Made by a program: the position numbers and the translations under genes | Source: Octopus bimaculoides | Lineage: Eukaryota | Assembly: GCF_001194135.2 (NCBI RefSeq) | Contig: NC_068989.1 | Span: forward strand, 14,949,403-15,013,402 | Direction of reading: 5' to 3' | DNA length: 64,000 bases | In this document: piece by piece, positions 1 through 12,535 of the stretch | Layout of the letters: each line of letters begins with the position of its first letter | How positions within the stretch are numbered: position 1 is the stretch's first letter | Notes under the pieces: generated by a model | What the model saw: only the letters and a program-made list of their open reading frames with translations | Database searches by the model: none | Told to the model about the DNA's origin: nothing

Positions 1-442
1 ATATATATATTATACCTTGCATAAGTGATGAAGAATTGATTATTCGATTATGCATGAAAATTTCCACATCATTGAGGATTATTAAATATCAAACAAACAC
101 GTATAGACAAATATACCGGACGTGTCGACGTGTTCAGGACTTAAAACTGGAACCAGCCTTGAAGCATTTGTAGTTGATGTAAGTGAGGGGTGAAGGGAAG
201 AAACCATTCTATCAACGTCACATTCGTAGTAATAACAACAACATCGATTTCCGATATATATATATATATATACATACATATATCTTAGTAGGAGTTAATT
301 CGCCACCAAGCATGGATCGAAATAAATAAATAGATAATTTATTATGAATTTCCTCTACACTGGCACAAGGACACAGATTATTCTGGTTGTTTCTCTCCAG
401 AGAAGGGTACCACACAAAACTGTTAGGCTTCTTCATGACGGT

Positions 443-851
443 CAGTGGCGTAGCTAGAGTGGGTGCCGCTCGGACCAACCATTAATCGTGCCCTTCTCAG
501 ATTCCACACCCCGGCCTATACAGGTTTATAGTAATTTTTCAGATTAACACTCGCACGATCTTCACTAGGCTGTTAGGGTTAGGGTTTTGGGGTCAGGATT
601 AGGGTTTTAGTGTTAGGGTTAGTGTTCAGGGTTAGGGACGTAATTCCCTAACCCAAACCCTAACCCTGACCCTAAAACCCTAACCCTAACACGGTAGTGA
701 AGATTGTGCGGGTGCTAATCTGAAAAACTACTAGGTTTATACAGTAGACCCATAAGTGCTACTCCCTGCCCATTAAAAAGCATCGCTTGAGATGGACAGC
801 ACCCATAAAAACGGCTCGGAGTGAACTGCTTCCCCACCGGCTACGCTACTG
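443..851. mobile_element. hAT-like non-autonomous DNA transposon (MITE) carrying a nested telomere-repeat MITE
   Basis: Termini CAGTGGCGTAGC / reverse complement CAGTAGCGTAGC (11/12). Degenerate 8-bp flanks ATGACGGT vs TTGCCGAT (5/8). Confidence 0.6.
530..732. mobile_element. Palindromic MITE with head-to-head telomere-like core (copy 1)
   Basis: ~38-bp imperfect inverted arms starting AGTAATTTTTCAGA, core of TTAGGG-like units facing CCCTAA-like units, exact 8-bp TSD AGGTTTAT (522-529, 733-740). Confidence 0.9.
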
Positions 852-904
852 TTGCCGATGCACTCCATCGCTAGTTTACCTGAGTTCACTTGTTTTATTT
901 TAAG

Positions 905-907
<3 letters not shown>

Positions 908-952
<45 letters not shown>
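908..952. repeat. (GT)n microsatellite
   Basis: Directly visible dinucleotide run; representative of dozens of GT/TA/GA runs in the window. Confidence 0.95.
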
Positions 953-954
<2 letters not shown>

Positions 955-984
955 GCTTCGTTTAATGTACGCCGACTCTGGGAG

Positions 985-2880
985 ACACAGAGGTAATGGA
1001 ATGGTTTCATTTTACTCCTAAACATCTCAAGAACAGTTTCCTTTCAGCTCATTTCTGGTTGACTGGCACTCCGTCGGTTATGAAGAGTCCCAGGTGATAC
1101 GATCAACGGAACAGCTTGCTCGTGAGATTAACGGGCAAGTGAGTGAGCACTCCATAGACGTAATTCTCAAGGAGAATAATGTGTGACACAGAATTACAGG
1201 TACTACTCGTTTTTGCCAACTGAGTGGACTGGAGTAACGTAAAATAAAGTACACAACACGCCGCTAGGAATCGAACTCACGGCCTTACGATAATGAGCCA
1301 AATACTCAAACCACTAAGCCACGCACCTTCACTCTGGCTGACACTGACAACCCTACTCACAATTTTGTTCCGGTTCGTGTCCACATAGAAGAAGTCTGGA
1401 CTGAATCTAACCTCAAGCGTCTTAATAAAACGTTTGGTTCAGCGATCCATGACATCAGCTGAAATAGACTTGCTTTTTCGGGAATTGAACTGCAAACCTA
1501 CTGGTTTGTCTTCGTTAATTCACGCTCCTAATACTTTTTTTTTAATTATTTTCCCGTCCTTACTGTGATGCCGATTGATTCAATTTCCGTTGTATCTAAC
1601 ATCACGACTATAATGTCGTCTACGTAAGCCGACACGTCCTCCCACCACGTACCAGTGCGAGAGAGATACCTTTCAAAATTTCTAGCTTCTTTGATAAAAA
1701 CTCACGGGCCAACTGTACAGAGGGGATAAGAGAGGGCACTCTCTTAACGACCTGGTCAGTGATTCAAAACAGTTTCAATAATTATACTTGCTATCGAGCA
1801 GATGCCACCGTACGTTAAATCGATCCAGCCTCTGACGAAAACCAGCTGTACTGAGTATCAATGGACGAGCCTAACGAAAGCTTTGGATTGATCCAAATAG
1901 ACCGAAGTCCTACTGAAGACTAGATTGTTAACCACCATTTCTACGATGTATCTCATGACGGTTGTGAACACAGCTGCCGAGAACTGCACTGGTCAGTGCA
2001 CATTCGATTCTATTATTGATGACAACTGTCAGCCTCTTCAGAAGCGTCTTGGCTCAGATTTGTGCTGGGAATTATAGATGATGTCCCCTACCCTTGTATA
2101 CGTTTTCCCCTCAAAAATATCACTGCTGCCCAGCTAACACAACTGGAAAACTTCCTAGTTCTCTGTCAGTCGTGATAGACATCTGCCAAGAAAGACGCAA
2201 AGGCGAACACGTCGGGCAAATATTAAAGCTTATAGGGCAAGACCACTCAAACAGGGCGATGAGCTCCTCAGACAACCCTCACCAACAACTGCATCTCAAT
2301 TGCCAGTATCTGTTTTACGAAACATTCTATCATTCTTGAGATACGCAACAAACTGTCTAAGTAGGGCACTAAAGTACATCACTACTATTTCTAAAAGTCA
2401 GGCAAAGTGTTACTGAAAAACCTCACTCATTTACCTAGAACTGAATAGTATACAGGTCAAGACGACATTATTGTTACCCACTAACAGAAACGAATCAGAC
2501 GTTCCCAAGAAACCATGTAGATACATAACCACTTTACCCCAATCAGTATAAACAGACTGAATGTTCCGTCTTAACATCCAGAACGAGGAAACTCGTCGGG
2601 ACATCTAGATCCAGACCTTTCTAAAACAACGCTACCACTCCGTTCGATCTAGAGCGACCGAAATATACGTATAAGCTTTAAGTTGTCAAAAAGCTCTATT
2701 GCTGTTCCGGAAGTACTAGTTTCACTGATGGCTACCCTATCTAATTTTAGTGACCCGGGGTCGATATAAATACTTAATTTATCACACTGAAACAAGGTGA
2801 AATCATTATAAGAAAGGTACATAGTCGACTGATAGAATGGACGCACAGTCAGTATATTACAGCTATATATTTTACTAAAC
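985..2880 (-). mobile_element. Decayed L1/Tx1-clade LINE ORF2 (APE endonuclease + reverse transcriptase) with stops, frameshifts and an internal deletion
   Basis: Minus-strand motifs: SLKLDRVAISET, LVGNNNVVL and YLDSLLR (APE-like); AKTLLKRL, YLDQSKAF (~1870-1900), degenerate RQGCPLSP, AYVDDI (~1612-1630), INEDKPVGLQ, ERKL. Interrupted by a SINE at 1064-1332. Confidence 0.85.
1064..1332 (-). mobile_element. tRNA-derived SINE, head B + tail T1
   Basis: Head GTGAAGGTGCGTGGCTTAGTGG, CTCCAGTCCACTCAG core, tail ending GAGTGCCA; TSD TCTGGTTGAC/TCTGGCTGAC (9/10). Confidence 0.8.
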
Positions 2881-3829
2881 CCAGAGCAGTTAAACATATT
2901 TATTTATATATGCCACCCCCACCCCCCAAGAACTGCAAAACATTGTTCACTAAATACACATATACAATCACAAATATACAAAGAAATTATTCATTCATTC
3001 TAAACGCACACAATTGCAAATCACGTTTTAGTCGAGAATTCAACTACAGGCAATATCGAAAATCAGGAGTAATTTACAGAATTTTGAACACTTAGAACAA
3101 TTGCGGAGAATTGTTGCATCGCCACAACTCTATCAATTATGCTGTTTTTTTTGTTTGAGTTTTTATTTTTAAGAGCATTGAGAAGCACTTATCGTATTTC
3201 GTTGTATTTTAACTACGAGAATTAGAAATACGTATGTGAATGAAGAAAATAATTTAATCCATAATTTTCATAGTAATGATCAGTGACGAAAAAGATAATA
3301 AATTCTTTTTTTCTTTTTTTTTAATTCGAAACGAATTAATTTTTTTACGATTCACTGACTGACAAAGGTTTTTTTTTAATTTTCACAGTTAAAATACAAA
3401 TACAGCCAAATACTTGTTTTCGTAAAGTGCAAAGTATTGGATTTTATACAGAGTAAAAAATAATAATAATAATAATAATAATAGTAATAATGAAATGAGA
3501 TAAAAACGAGATGCGATAGCCGTTACGCCTTTCAAAGTTATTTCCTATAAATAATGACGTCAACAATACATACAGTGATCTCCCCCCTTTAAAATCAATG
3601 AAAGATATATATATATATATATATATGAAATCCTGTTTCTTTTTTCTTTGTGTTGCGTGTGTATAAAACCACCAGGAAAACACCTGTACGGAGCGACCTA
3701 GACAGCATCCCCTCCGCCCTCCGCTCATTTCACGCTAGAACACGACCTAGACTTGCAGTTTGCAGTTCTCAACACCTTCCTTTTTTCTCCTATGTCTCAA
3801 AGCTATAACCATTCAACCACAACAATGGG

Positions 3830-4800
3830 AGGCGAGAGAGAGAGAGAGAGATGGATAGAAAGAGAGATAGGGGTGAGAGAAAGAGAGGAGGAAGCGAATT
3901 TTCATTGGAAACTACCGTGAAGAAATGTAGGAACTGGTAACGTGATTGATTGTCAATGTTAGCGAGAGTGGGAGGAAACGTGGTGGCAGCGGGAGTAGAC
4001 AGAAAGCGTGATACGAAACGAGACAGACAGACAGTGATGGGGATGAGAAAGAGGGCGATATGAGAGATGGAAATAAATACATTCATAGCACAACGAGAGG
4101 GGGAAAGGAAAAAGAGAAACATACCGAGAATAGAGAGGGGGGGGGACGTAATAGCTAGGAAAGAATATAGTGACTGAGACAGACCTATAGAGAGGTGCAT
4201 ATATATATAGTGAGGGACACGCATATAGTGAAACATGATACACGCAATAAGGAGAGGAGATACGCACACACAGTAAGAGAGAACGAGACACAGAGAGGGA
4301 AACAGTGACAAAGACGTATACACAGAGTGAGACACACACACACACACACATAGTTAGAGAGAGTTATATATATAGTGACTGAGAGGGATAAACACTTAGA
4401 GAAAGCGGAGGGGGCAAATATGGTGAGAAAGAAACACATAGACGTATATACACAGAAAATGCGAGAGAGAGAGAGAGAGAGAAAAAGAGAAAGAAGGCAA
4501 GAGATACGCAGTGGAGAAAGAACCATACAAAAGTAAGAGAGACAATGTGAGAGAAAGAAACAGTGCAAATAGAGAGAGAGAGAGAGAAAGCAAGAGACAC
4601 GCAGTGGAGAAAGAACCACACAAAAGTAAGAGAGACAATGTGAGAGAAAGAAACAGTGCAAAGAGAGAGAAGGAGAGAGACAAAGAAACAGGGAGCGAAA
4701 AACAGAAAGAGAGAGAGAGAGAGAACGAAAGACAGTCAGTGAAGGACAGAGAGAGAGAGAGGGGGAAAGAGAGCGAGGAAGAACAGATTGAGATAATAAA
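3830..4800. repeat. Purine-rich (GA)n-type low-complexity tract with a 93-bp-period tandem duplication (4498-4590, 4591-4662)
   Basis: CAAGAGA(T/C)ACGCAGTGGAGAAAGAACCA...CAGTGCAAA occurs twice, 93 bp apart. Confidence 0.85.
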
Positions 4801-5196
4801 AGAATCGCAGTCGTTGTACGAGAGGAAAATCAAAAGAAAGCATTTTAATTGATGTATCAACTGAGCGGCTGTGACATCATTTGTTGACACAGGTTTACAA
4901 TGAAAGTGAGGGCTGAGTTTTAAACAAAAGTTTGATCGAGAATATAAAGCTCTGAACCATTTTCTCGACCTAACTTTCACCCATCACCAAAAAGGAAAAG
5001 TTCATAAAATTATTCCTTCCAGAAATTCTAATAAAAAATCTAATACTTTTAGCCTAATAGCCATTTAAACATCACCGGAGTTAGTCAAGCACAACTGTTA
5101 TTTTATTTGGATGGGTGATCAACATTATGGTTCTCATTAATAATAATCTTTTCTACATGTAGGAACAAGGCCTGAAATTCGGTGGAGAGACTAGTC

Positions 5197-5473
5197 CAGG
5201 GGGTTTTAAACTGTGGTCCGCAAGGACAAGACAGGGGGTCCGTGGACAGCAAATACTTTTTATGGGCAATTTGATTGTATATATGTTTTTTAATCGAAAT
5301 CTTTTAATTGACAATAAACCTATTTGTTAAATACTGTTAAATAAATAAATGTAAAAATATATGTTATTTTAAGCAAATATTTGTGTAAATTTCATAAGCG
5401 TTTATAAGGGGGTCCCTAAGGTAAAACCTGAAATATAAAGGGGTCCGCAAGTCAAAATGTTTGAAAACCCCTG
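5197..5473. mobile_element. hAT/Charlie-type MITE (family F, copy 1)
   Basis: TIRs CAGGGGGTTTTAAAC / CAGGGGTTTTCAAAC; exact 8-bp TSD GACTAGTC (5189-5196, 5474-5481); near-identical copy at 53640-53918. Confidence 0.92.
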
Positions 5474-5609
5474 GACTAGTCGATTACATCGACCCAGTAT
5501 TTCACTGATTCTTAATTTATCGACCCCAAAAGGGTGACAGACAAAGTCGACCTCGGGATAATTTCAACTCAGAACGTAGCGACGGGCGAAATACCGCTAA
5601 GCATTTCGT

Positions 5610-5757
5610 GGTAATTTTTCAGACTAACACCCGCACGATCTTCACTAGGGTGTTAGGGTTTGGGTTAGGGAATTCCGTCCCTAACCGTAACCGTAACCCT
5701 AACCCTAAACCTAACACCCTAGTGAAGATCGTGCGGGTGTTAGTCTGAAAAATTACC
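5610..5757. mobile_element. Palindromic MITE with head-to-head telomere-like core (copy 2)
   Basis: Perfect 48-bp inverted arms (5610-5657, 5710-5757) starting GGTAATTTTTCAGA; exact 8-bp TSD CATTTCGT (5602-5609, 5758-5765). Confidence 0.95.
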
Positions 5758-6203
5758 CATTTCGTCCAGCGCGCTAACGATTCTTATTTCTTTATTGCCC
5801 ATAAGGGGCTACACATAGAGGGGGCAAACAAGGACAAATAAAAGGACTAAGTCCATTACATCGACCCCAGCGTTTCACTGGTACTTAATTTATCGACCCC
5901 GAAAGGATGAAAGGCAAAGTCGACATCGGAGGAATAATAATATCTTTCTATTATAGGCACAAGGTCTGAAATTTTGAGGGAGAGGCTAGTCGATTATATA
6001 GACCCCAGGGTTTAACTGGTACTTATTTTAAGACCCCAAAAGGATTAATGGTAAAGACGACATGGGATGAATAAATTATACAAGAATTGGATTCAAATTT
6101 TGGCACAATGCCAGCAATTACATCGACCCCGAAGGAAATGAAAAGCAAGGTCAACCTTAACGGAATTTGAACTCAGAACGTAAAGACGGATCAAATGCCG
6201 CTA

Positions 6204-6952
6204 NNNNNNNNNNNNNNNNNNNNNNNNNNNNNNNNNNNNNNNNNNNNNNNNNNNNNNNNNNNNNNNNNNNNNNNNNNNNNNNNNNNNNNNNNNNNNNNNN
6301 NNNNNNNNNNNNNNNNNNNNNNNNNNNNNNNNNNNNNNNNNNNNNNNNNNNNNNNNNNNNNNNNNNNNNNNNNNNNNNNNNNNNNNNNNNNNNNNNNNNN
6401 NNNNNNNNNNNNNNNNNNNNNNNNNNNNNNNNNNNNNNNNNNNNNNNNNNNNNNNNNNNNNNNNNNNNNNNNNNNNNNNNNNNNNNNNNNNNNNNNNNNN
6501 NNNNNNNNNNNNNNNNNNNNNNNNNNNNNNNNNNNNNNNNNNNNNNNNNNNNNNNNNNNNNNNNNNNNNNNNNNNNNNNNNNNNNNNNNNNNNNNNNNNN
6601 NNNNNNNNNNNNNNNNNNNNNNNNNNNNNNNNNNNNNNNNNNNNNNNNNNNNNNNNNNNNNNNNNNNNNNNNNNNNNNNNNNNNNNNNNNNNNNNNNNNN
6701 NNNNNNNNNNNNNNNNNNNNNNNNNNNNNNNNNNNNNNNNNNNNNNNNNNNNNNNNNNNNNNNNNNNNNNNNNNNNNNNNNNNNNNNNNNNNNNNNNNNN
6801 NNNNNNNNNNNNNNNNNNNNNNNNNNNNNNNNNNNNNNNNNNNNNNNNNNNNNNNNNNNNNNNNNNNNNNNNNNNNNNNNNNNNNNNNNNNNNNNNNNNN
6901 NNNNNNNNNNNNNNNNNNNNNNNNNNNNNNNNNNNNNNNNNNNNNNNNNNNN
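6204..6952. other. Assembly gap (N run); further gaps at 11470-12357, 29362-29563, 48301-48428 and 57462-58214
   Basis: Runs of N, most abutting (TA)n tracts. Confidence 1.
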
Positions 6953-7480
6953 GAAAGTCAGTCTTTTATTCTAACAAATTCTGTCAAACTCAGCATTGCA
7001 TTCTTCTAAAATATAGGAAAGACCCATTTCAAAAGAAATGGCACCTAATAGACTTCCCCCACTCTCTCTCGCGCGCGCACAGATATCACTAATTTGGCGA
7101 TCTTTCGAAATTGGTACATATAAGATGGCGAGCTAAGCGGAACAAATTGCACTAACTGAAAGTAAAAAGGTAAACAAAGATTCGCTAATATTCGACAACA
7201 AAGACAGTAATATATATATATATATATATATAATTTTACACGCACACATGAGTCTTTACATATTTATGCATTTATACATATATTTAAGTAAACATATATA
7301 TTTCGATTATTTATCTTTAACATACAAAGCAAACATTCAATAAAGAAAAACTGTGTTAATATGTTATAGCAAGTATTTATTTTCTTCTGATGAACAAATT
7401 GCGTGTTTTCCTTTCATATTCAATCAGTAGTCTGTTGTTACTCTTTGTTTGACGCCATCTTATATGTACAATGTTCGAAA

Positions 7481-7551
<71 letters not shown>

Positions 7552-7620
7552 ACACGTATGTGTGTGCGTGTGCGCGCGTGAATGGAGAGAGGGAGGGGAG
7601 AGAGAGAGACAGAGAGAGAC

Positions 7621-7652
<32 letters not shown>

Positions 7653-7883
7653 TAAAAGTGCAAATATCATAAAATTGGATTTTTAAAAAGATATTTAAAG
7701 CTACTGAGAAGTATTTTTAGCCAGGGTATGGGAGACTAACTTAATAGACGTGCTGTAAGCACAGAGACTAACCACTCAAACAGAAATTAGACTAAATACA
7801 ATGGCGTGTTTCTTTAACGTCGATTAAATTGTGTGCGTACACGCGCGCACTCTCTCTTTTTCTCTCGTTCGTATACTGATTGG

Positions 7884-8282
7884 TTGTTGTTGTTGTTGGC
7901 ACTCCGTCGCTTACGACGTCGAGGGTTCCAGTTGATCCGATCAACGGAACAGCCTGCTCGTGAAATTAACGTGCAAGTGGCTGAGCACTCCACAGACACG
8001 TGTACCCTTAACGTAGTTCTCGGGGATATTCAGTGTGACACAGAATGTGACAAGGCTGACCCTTTGAACTACAAGCACAACAGAAACAGGAAGTAAGAAT
8101 GAGAGAAAGTTGTGGTGGAAGAGTACAGTAAGGTTTCGCCACCATCCCCTGCCGGAGCCTCGTGGAGCTTTTTAGGTATTTTCGCTCAATAAACACTCAC
8201 AACGCCCCTTCTGGGAATCGAAACCGCGATCGTATGACCGCGAGTCCGTTACTCTAACCACTGGGCCATTGCGCCTCCACAC
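7884..8282 (-). mobile_element. Full-length tRNA-derived SINE, head A + tail T1 with (CAA)n end
   Basis: Head GTGGAGGCGCAATGGCCCAGTGG with B-box-like GGTTTCGATTCCC; TSD ACTGATTGG (7875-7883, 8283-8291). Confidence 0.92.
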
Positions 8283-8574
8283 ACTGATTGGACGCAAGTA
8301 TAAAATATTATTTCTAGTTAGCTAATGTTTTCGGTATGACATAAGTCATCGCTAACTTAACAATTGTTTGTTGGATTCTTCATGTAGAGGACGTGTCTGA
8401 GCAATTCTTCAAATAATTCTAGTTTTCTACGTCAAGTAGTTTACGTTGAGCGCCCATTTCGTCAGTGATTCTCTCATCGGGATTTTGGTAAATTAATGGA
8501 CTAAATGAAGGATATGCTTCGCTGAATACAAAAGACCAAAACACGTCCGGATTTGTCTGCCGTACTTGTCGAGA

Positions 8575-8795
8575 AATAATACAAATGATACGGGTTTCAA
8601 ATTCTGGCACAAGGCCAGCAATTCCGGGGGAGGAGTAAGTCGATTACATCGACCCCAGTGCTCAGATAGTACTTAATTAATAAACCTCGAAAGGATGAAA
8701 GGCCAAGTCGACTTCGGCGGAATTTGAACTCAGAAAATGCAGACGGACGAAATGCCGCTCTGCATTTTGTCCAGCGTGCCAATGATTCTGCCAGA
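8575..8795 (-). mobile_element. Family-E SINE
   Basis: Same core and head as 5148-6203 and 13994-14230. Confidence 0.85.
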
Positions 8796-11179
8796 AAAAT
8801 AGAAATGATATTGAACAATAAATTTTTTTTTTTGGTTCTTTTCCTTCCCATTATTGCATAATTATTTTCTTTCTAACTTTTCATTGCATTTAAAATAAGT
8901 TTATACTCAAACACACTAACATATATAACAGTATCGTGTGCGATTTGTACAAATACTACATTATGTACCAAATTAGTAACAAAGGGAATGTGTATGCGAG
9001 TACATAAAGTTGAGGAGTTCAGTTCAATGTTATATAGTATACACATACATGGCGAGGCCAAATACGCTTCCTTTAAGATAGCGTGTTCGCACTGATAAAA
9101 ATGAAGATATTGTATCTAAAGCGTATCGAAATAGACCCGTTTAAGAAACAGAAAAACTGTTACCTTTATACCCTTACCCACTGATTGATGACAACATTGT
9201 TAGTTTTTACAAATGGTGCAGCAGATTTAACCGTATGTGTAAAGCATCCAAAGAAAGCTGCCAACGAATATATTGGTAAGAATAAAAATAATTAGAAGAC
9301 GTATCCAGGTTTCTGTGCGTAAATAAAGCAACTGAGAGACAGAAGGGGAAGCGATAGACTAATAGAAACGTTAGGAGCAGGAGGGTGAGATGGGGGTGGT
9401 GATAGACAGACTAAAAAAAGGAATAGGCGAGATAGACGCAAGAGAGACAGAAGGAGAAAGAGAGAGAATGGGAGGGAGAGATGGAGAGAAAGGGGGAGGG
9501 AACTGGAGAAACACTTGAATGTATATAATAAGACAGCAACCATTTAAGTTTTCTTTAATTGTTAATTATTTAAGTAATCTTTACTAATAGAAGTAGCATG
9601 GCGAGATAAAACAGACACGTTGGAAAGTACTTGTTTTTGTTTAAATGCATAGGCACGTCTATGTTTCGATAGATAGTTAGACATATATAGAAGGCTGCTG
9701 AGGAAGGGGTTTGATAAAGCGACTGTCTGTGGTAGCAGTGGGATTTAGAAGCATGGTAGTAGGCTATGGGATTTAAGACTTATATTCTGTCCAGCCATTA
9801 TAAACTGTTTCATCTCAAGCATTAATGTATTTCGTAATTGTGGTGTACACGAATACAAGGCACTTTCAAATGATTGAAATACCTGTGTTATTCAGAGAAA
9901 TTATATCCCCGCCCCCAACGTCATTCGAACCCGCTGATCCCTCAGACCTGGGAAATTCTGCTGGAATCGACAATGAAATTTTAAAATAAAAGGGAACTGG
10001 TATTTTGGTTTAAGTACCAGGTTAGCTCTGACCAAGCAGACTTATAGGAAATATTTCATCTTTTTCAGCTTTGCCTCTTTATGTCATGAGGGAACGTTGT
10101 GTGGGTGAATAATGTCGTCTACTAATACCGAAAGACTGCCTTAAAATGACCATTATTCAATGTCTTTTTTCTTTTTCTTTTGTTTCTTAAAGACTGTTTA
10201 GCTAGAGATTCGAGGAAGATTTGGCGATTATTTCTAGTAGGACGAGCGACCACGTAGAAGCTCGAGAAGGAATGATGTAAGGTACATAGGGGGGGGGGGT
10301 TAAAAGAAAGATAGGCTTAAAGTATATATTGATACGTCTGCCCTCGTTATCGAGAAGAAGGTGCACCCACACACCATCCACCCCCTAGCCGTAATCATTC
10401 AAATCGAATGCAATATTCGCCTCCCTGGAGTGATCCTTTCATAGAAGTTTGGTGTGTGACTTTGCTAAGCAGAAAGAAAGAGAGAGAGAGAGAGAAGCAG
10501 ATGAGGAGGGGGTGTAGAAGGCAGAGAGTGAGAAGGAGAAACGGATCAATAAAGCCAACGCTATGGAAGTGCCAGACGACTTTTCCATACTGCCATAGAC
10601 TTCCTCTACATTTTATAAGAATCAGATGTTGGTTGGATTGCTTTTTGTCGTCGGTATCAGGCTCTCCATGTCCCTACCTACCGTCATCTTCACAGTATTT
10701 TCACTCCCCCACTCAATAATACCATTAGACAAACCCTCTGCTAATCTCTTAAACAACCACCCACCCTAACCCTGCACAACACCTCTGGAAGTCCCTAAAC
10801 GCGAAGCAAAATAATCTGAACATTTAACAACACTAAAACTCCACTCGGTTATCTTATACACTGTTAAAGAGGAGTGTATGAGTATATATATATAAAGATA
10901 AAACTGTGTTCTCCCCCACCACCGCCGTCTTCTTCTTCTTCCTTTGGATTAGCTCATGAAATATATAAAGGTTAACTTATTTGACACCAAGAAAGACCTT
11001 TTTATCTACTACGAAAGTTCTAGGAGTGACTGAGGTGAAAGAAAGATGAGAATGTGGTGTTTATAATACAAGAGAGTAAAAGAGACACACAGAAACAGAC
11101 AAAGATTCTCAGTGAAATTACTGAATAAAAACCGAAGACGAATTGATACCAAGAGGACATCATGTGTTCATTAAAACTC

Positions 11180-11234
<55 letters not shown>

Positions 11235-12380
11235 CGTCTTTCACTCTCTCACTTTTACTTTCTCTCTGCCTTTTCTGTAAGTCTGTGTAATAACTCGCGC
11301 GCGCGTATGTATAAGTTCGTGTGTGTGTGTGTGTATTCGTGTCTGTGTGTCTGTGTGTGTGTTTTAAATTCAAATGATACAAATTTTTATTGATAATTAA
11401 ATTCTTAAATGAATATTCAATAAAAATCTCTTATCTTCTCAACACGCGCTCGTTCAAAAATATCTGTCTNNNNNNNNNNNNNNNNNNNNNNNNNNNNNNN
11501 NNNNNNNNNNNNNNNNNNNNNNNNNNNNNNNNNNNNNNNNNNNNNNNNNNNNNNNNNNNNNNNNNNNNNNNNNNNNNNNNNNNNNNNNNNNNNNNNNNNN
11601 NNNNNNNNNNNNNNNNNNNNNNNNNNNNNNNNNNNNNNNNNNNNNNNNNNNNNNNNNNNNNNNNNNNNNNNNNNNNNNNNNNNNNNNNNNNNNNNNNNNN
11701 NNNNNNNNNNNNNNNNNNNNNNNNNNNNNNNNNNNNNNNNNNNNNNNNNNNNNNNNNNNNNNNNNNNNNNNNNNNNNNNNNNNNNNNNNNNNNNNNNNNN
11801 NNNNNNNNNNNNNNNNNNNNNNNNNNNNNNNNNNNNNNNNNNNNNNNNNNNNNNNNNNNNNNNNNNNNNNNNNNNNNNNNNNNNNNNNNNNNNNNNNNNN
11901 NNNNNNNNNNNNNNNNNNNNNNNNNNNNNNNNNNNNNNNNNNNNNNNNNNNNNNNNNNNNNNNNNNNNNNNNNNNNNNNNNNNNNNNNNNNNNNNNNNNN
12001 NNNNNNNNNNNNNNNNNNNNNNNNNNNNNNNNNNNNNNNNNNNNNNNNNNNNNNNNNNNNNNNNNNNNNNNNNNNNNNNNNNNNNNNNNNNNNNNNNNNN
12101 NNNNNNNNNNNNNNNNNNNNNNNNNNNNNNNNNNNNNNNNNNNNNNNNNNNNNNNNNNNNNNNNNNNNNNNNNNNNNNNNNNNNNNNNNNNNNNNNNNNN
12201 NNNNNNNNNNNNNNNNNNNNNNNNNNNNNNNNNNNNNNNNNNNNNNNNNNNNNNNNNNNNNNNNNNNNNNNNNNNNNNNNNNNNNNNNNNNNNNNNNNNN
12301 NNNNNNNNNNNNNNNNNNNNNNNNNNNNNNNNNNNNNNNNNNNNNNNNNNNNNNNNNTATATATATATATATATATATAT

Positions 12381-12535
12381 GACAGGCTTCTTACAGTTTC
12401 CGTCCACCAAATCCACTCACGATTTGGTCGGCCCGCGGCTATAGTAGAAGACACTTGCCCAAAATGCTACGCAGTAAGACTGAACCCGGGACGGCATGTT
12501 GGGAAGCAAGCCCCTTATCACACACCTGCACCTAT
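12381..12535 (-). mobile_element. Family-C (CORE-like) SINE, 5' half next to a gap
   Basis: Matches the head of the family-C copy at 31640-32035. Confidence 0.8.

Larger units (their letters stand above)
5148..6203 (-). mobile_element. Head-to-tail cluster of four partial family-E tRNA-like SINEs hosting two MITE insertions
   Basis: Core TCGACCCCGAAAGGATGAAAGGCAAAGTCGAC recurs about four times with three different 3' tails; truncated by a gap. Confidence 0.85.

Noticed and set aside
573-690. Head-to-head telomeric array as a chromosome-fusion scar
   Set aside because: Short, degenerate, enclosed by TIRs with an 8-bp TSD and present twice, so it is transposon cargo.
3790-4980. Overlapping 85-194 aa ORFs rich in SL/ER
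   Set aside because: Translations of (GA)n/(CT)n low-complexity DNA; no domain, no splice support.
6167-7009. Long ORFs here and at 11390-12454, 29170-29694, 48201-48480 and 57348-58510
   Set aside because: They are mostly translated N gaps.
7814-8280. tRNA-like heads of SINE families A, B, C and E
   Set aside because: No complete cloverleaf; each is fused to a SINE body, often with a TSD, so they are not tRNA genes.
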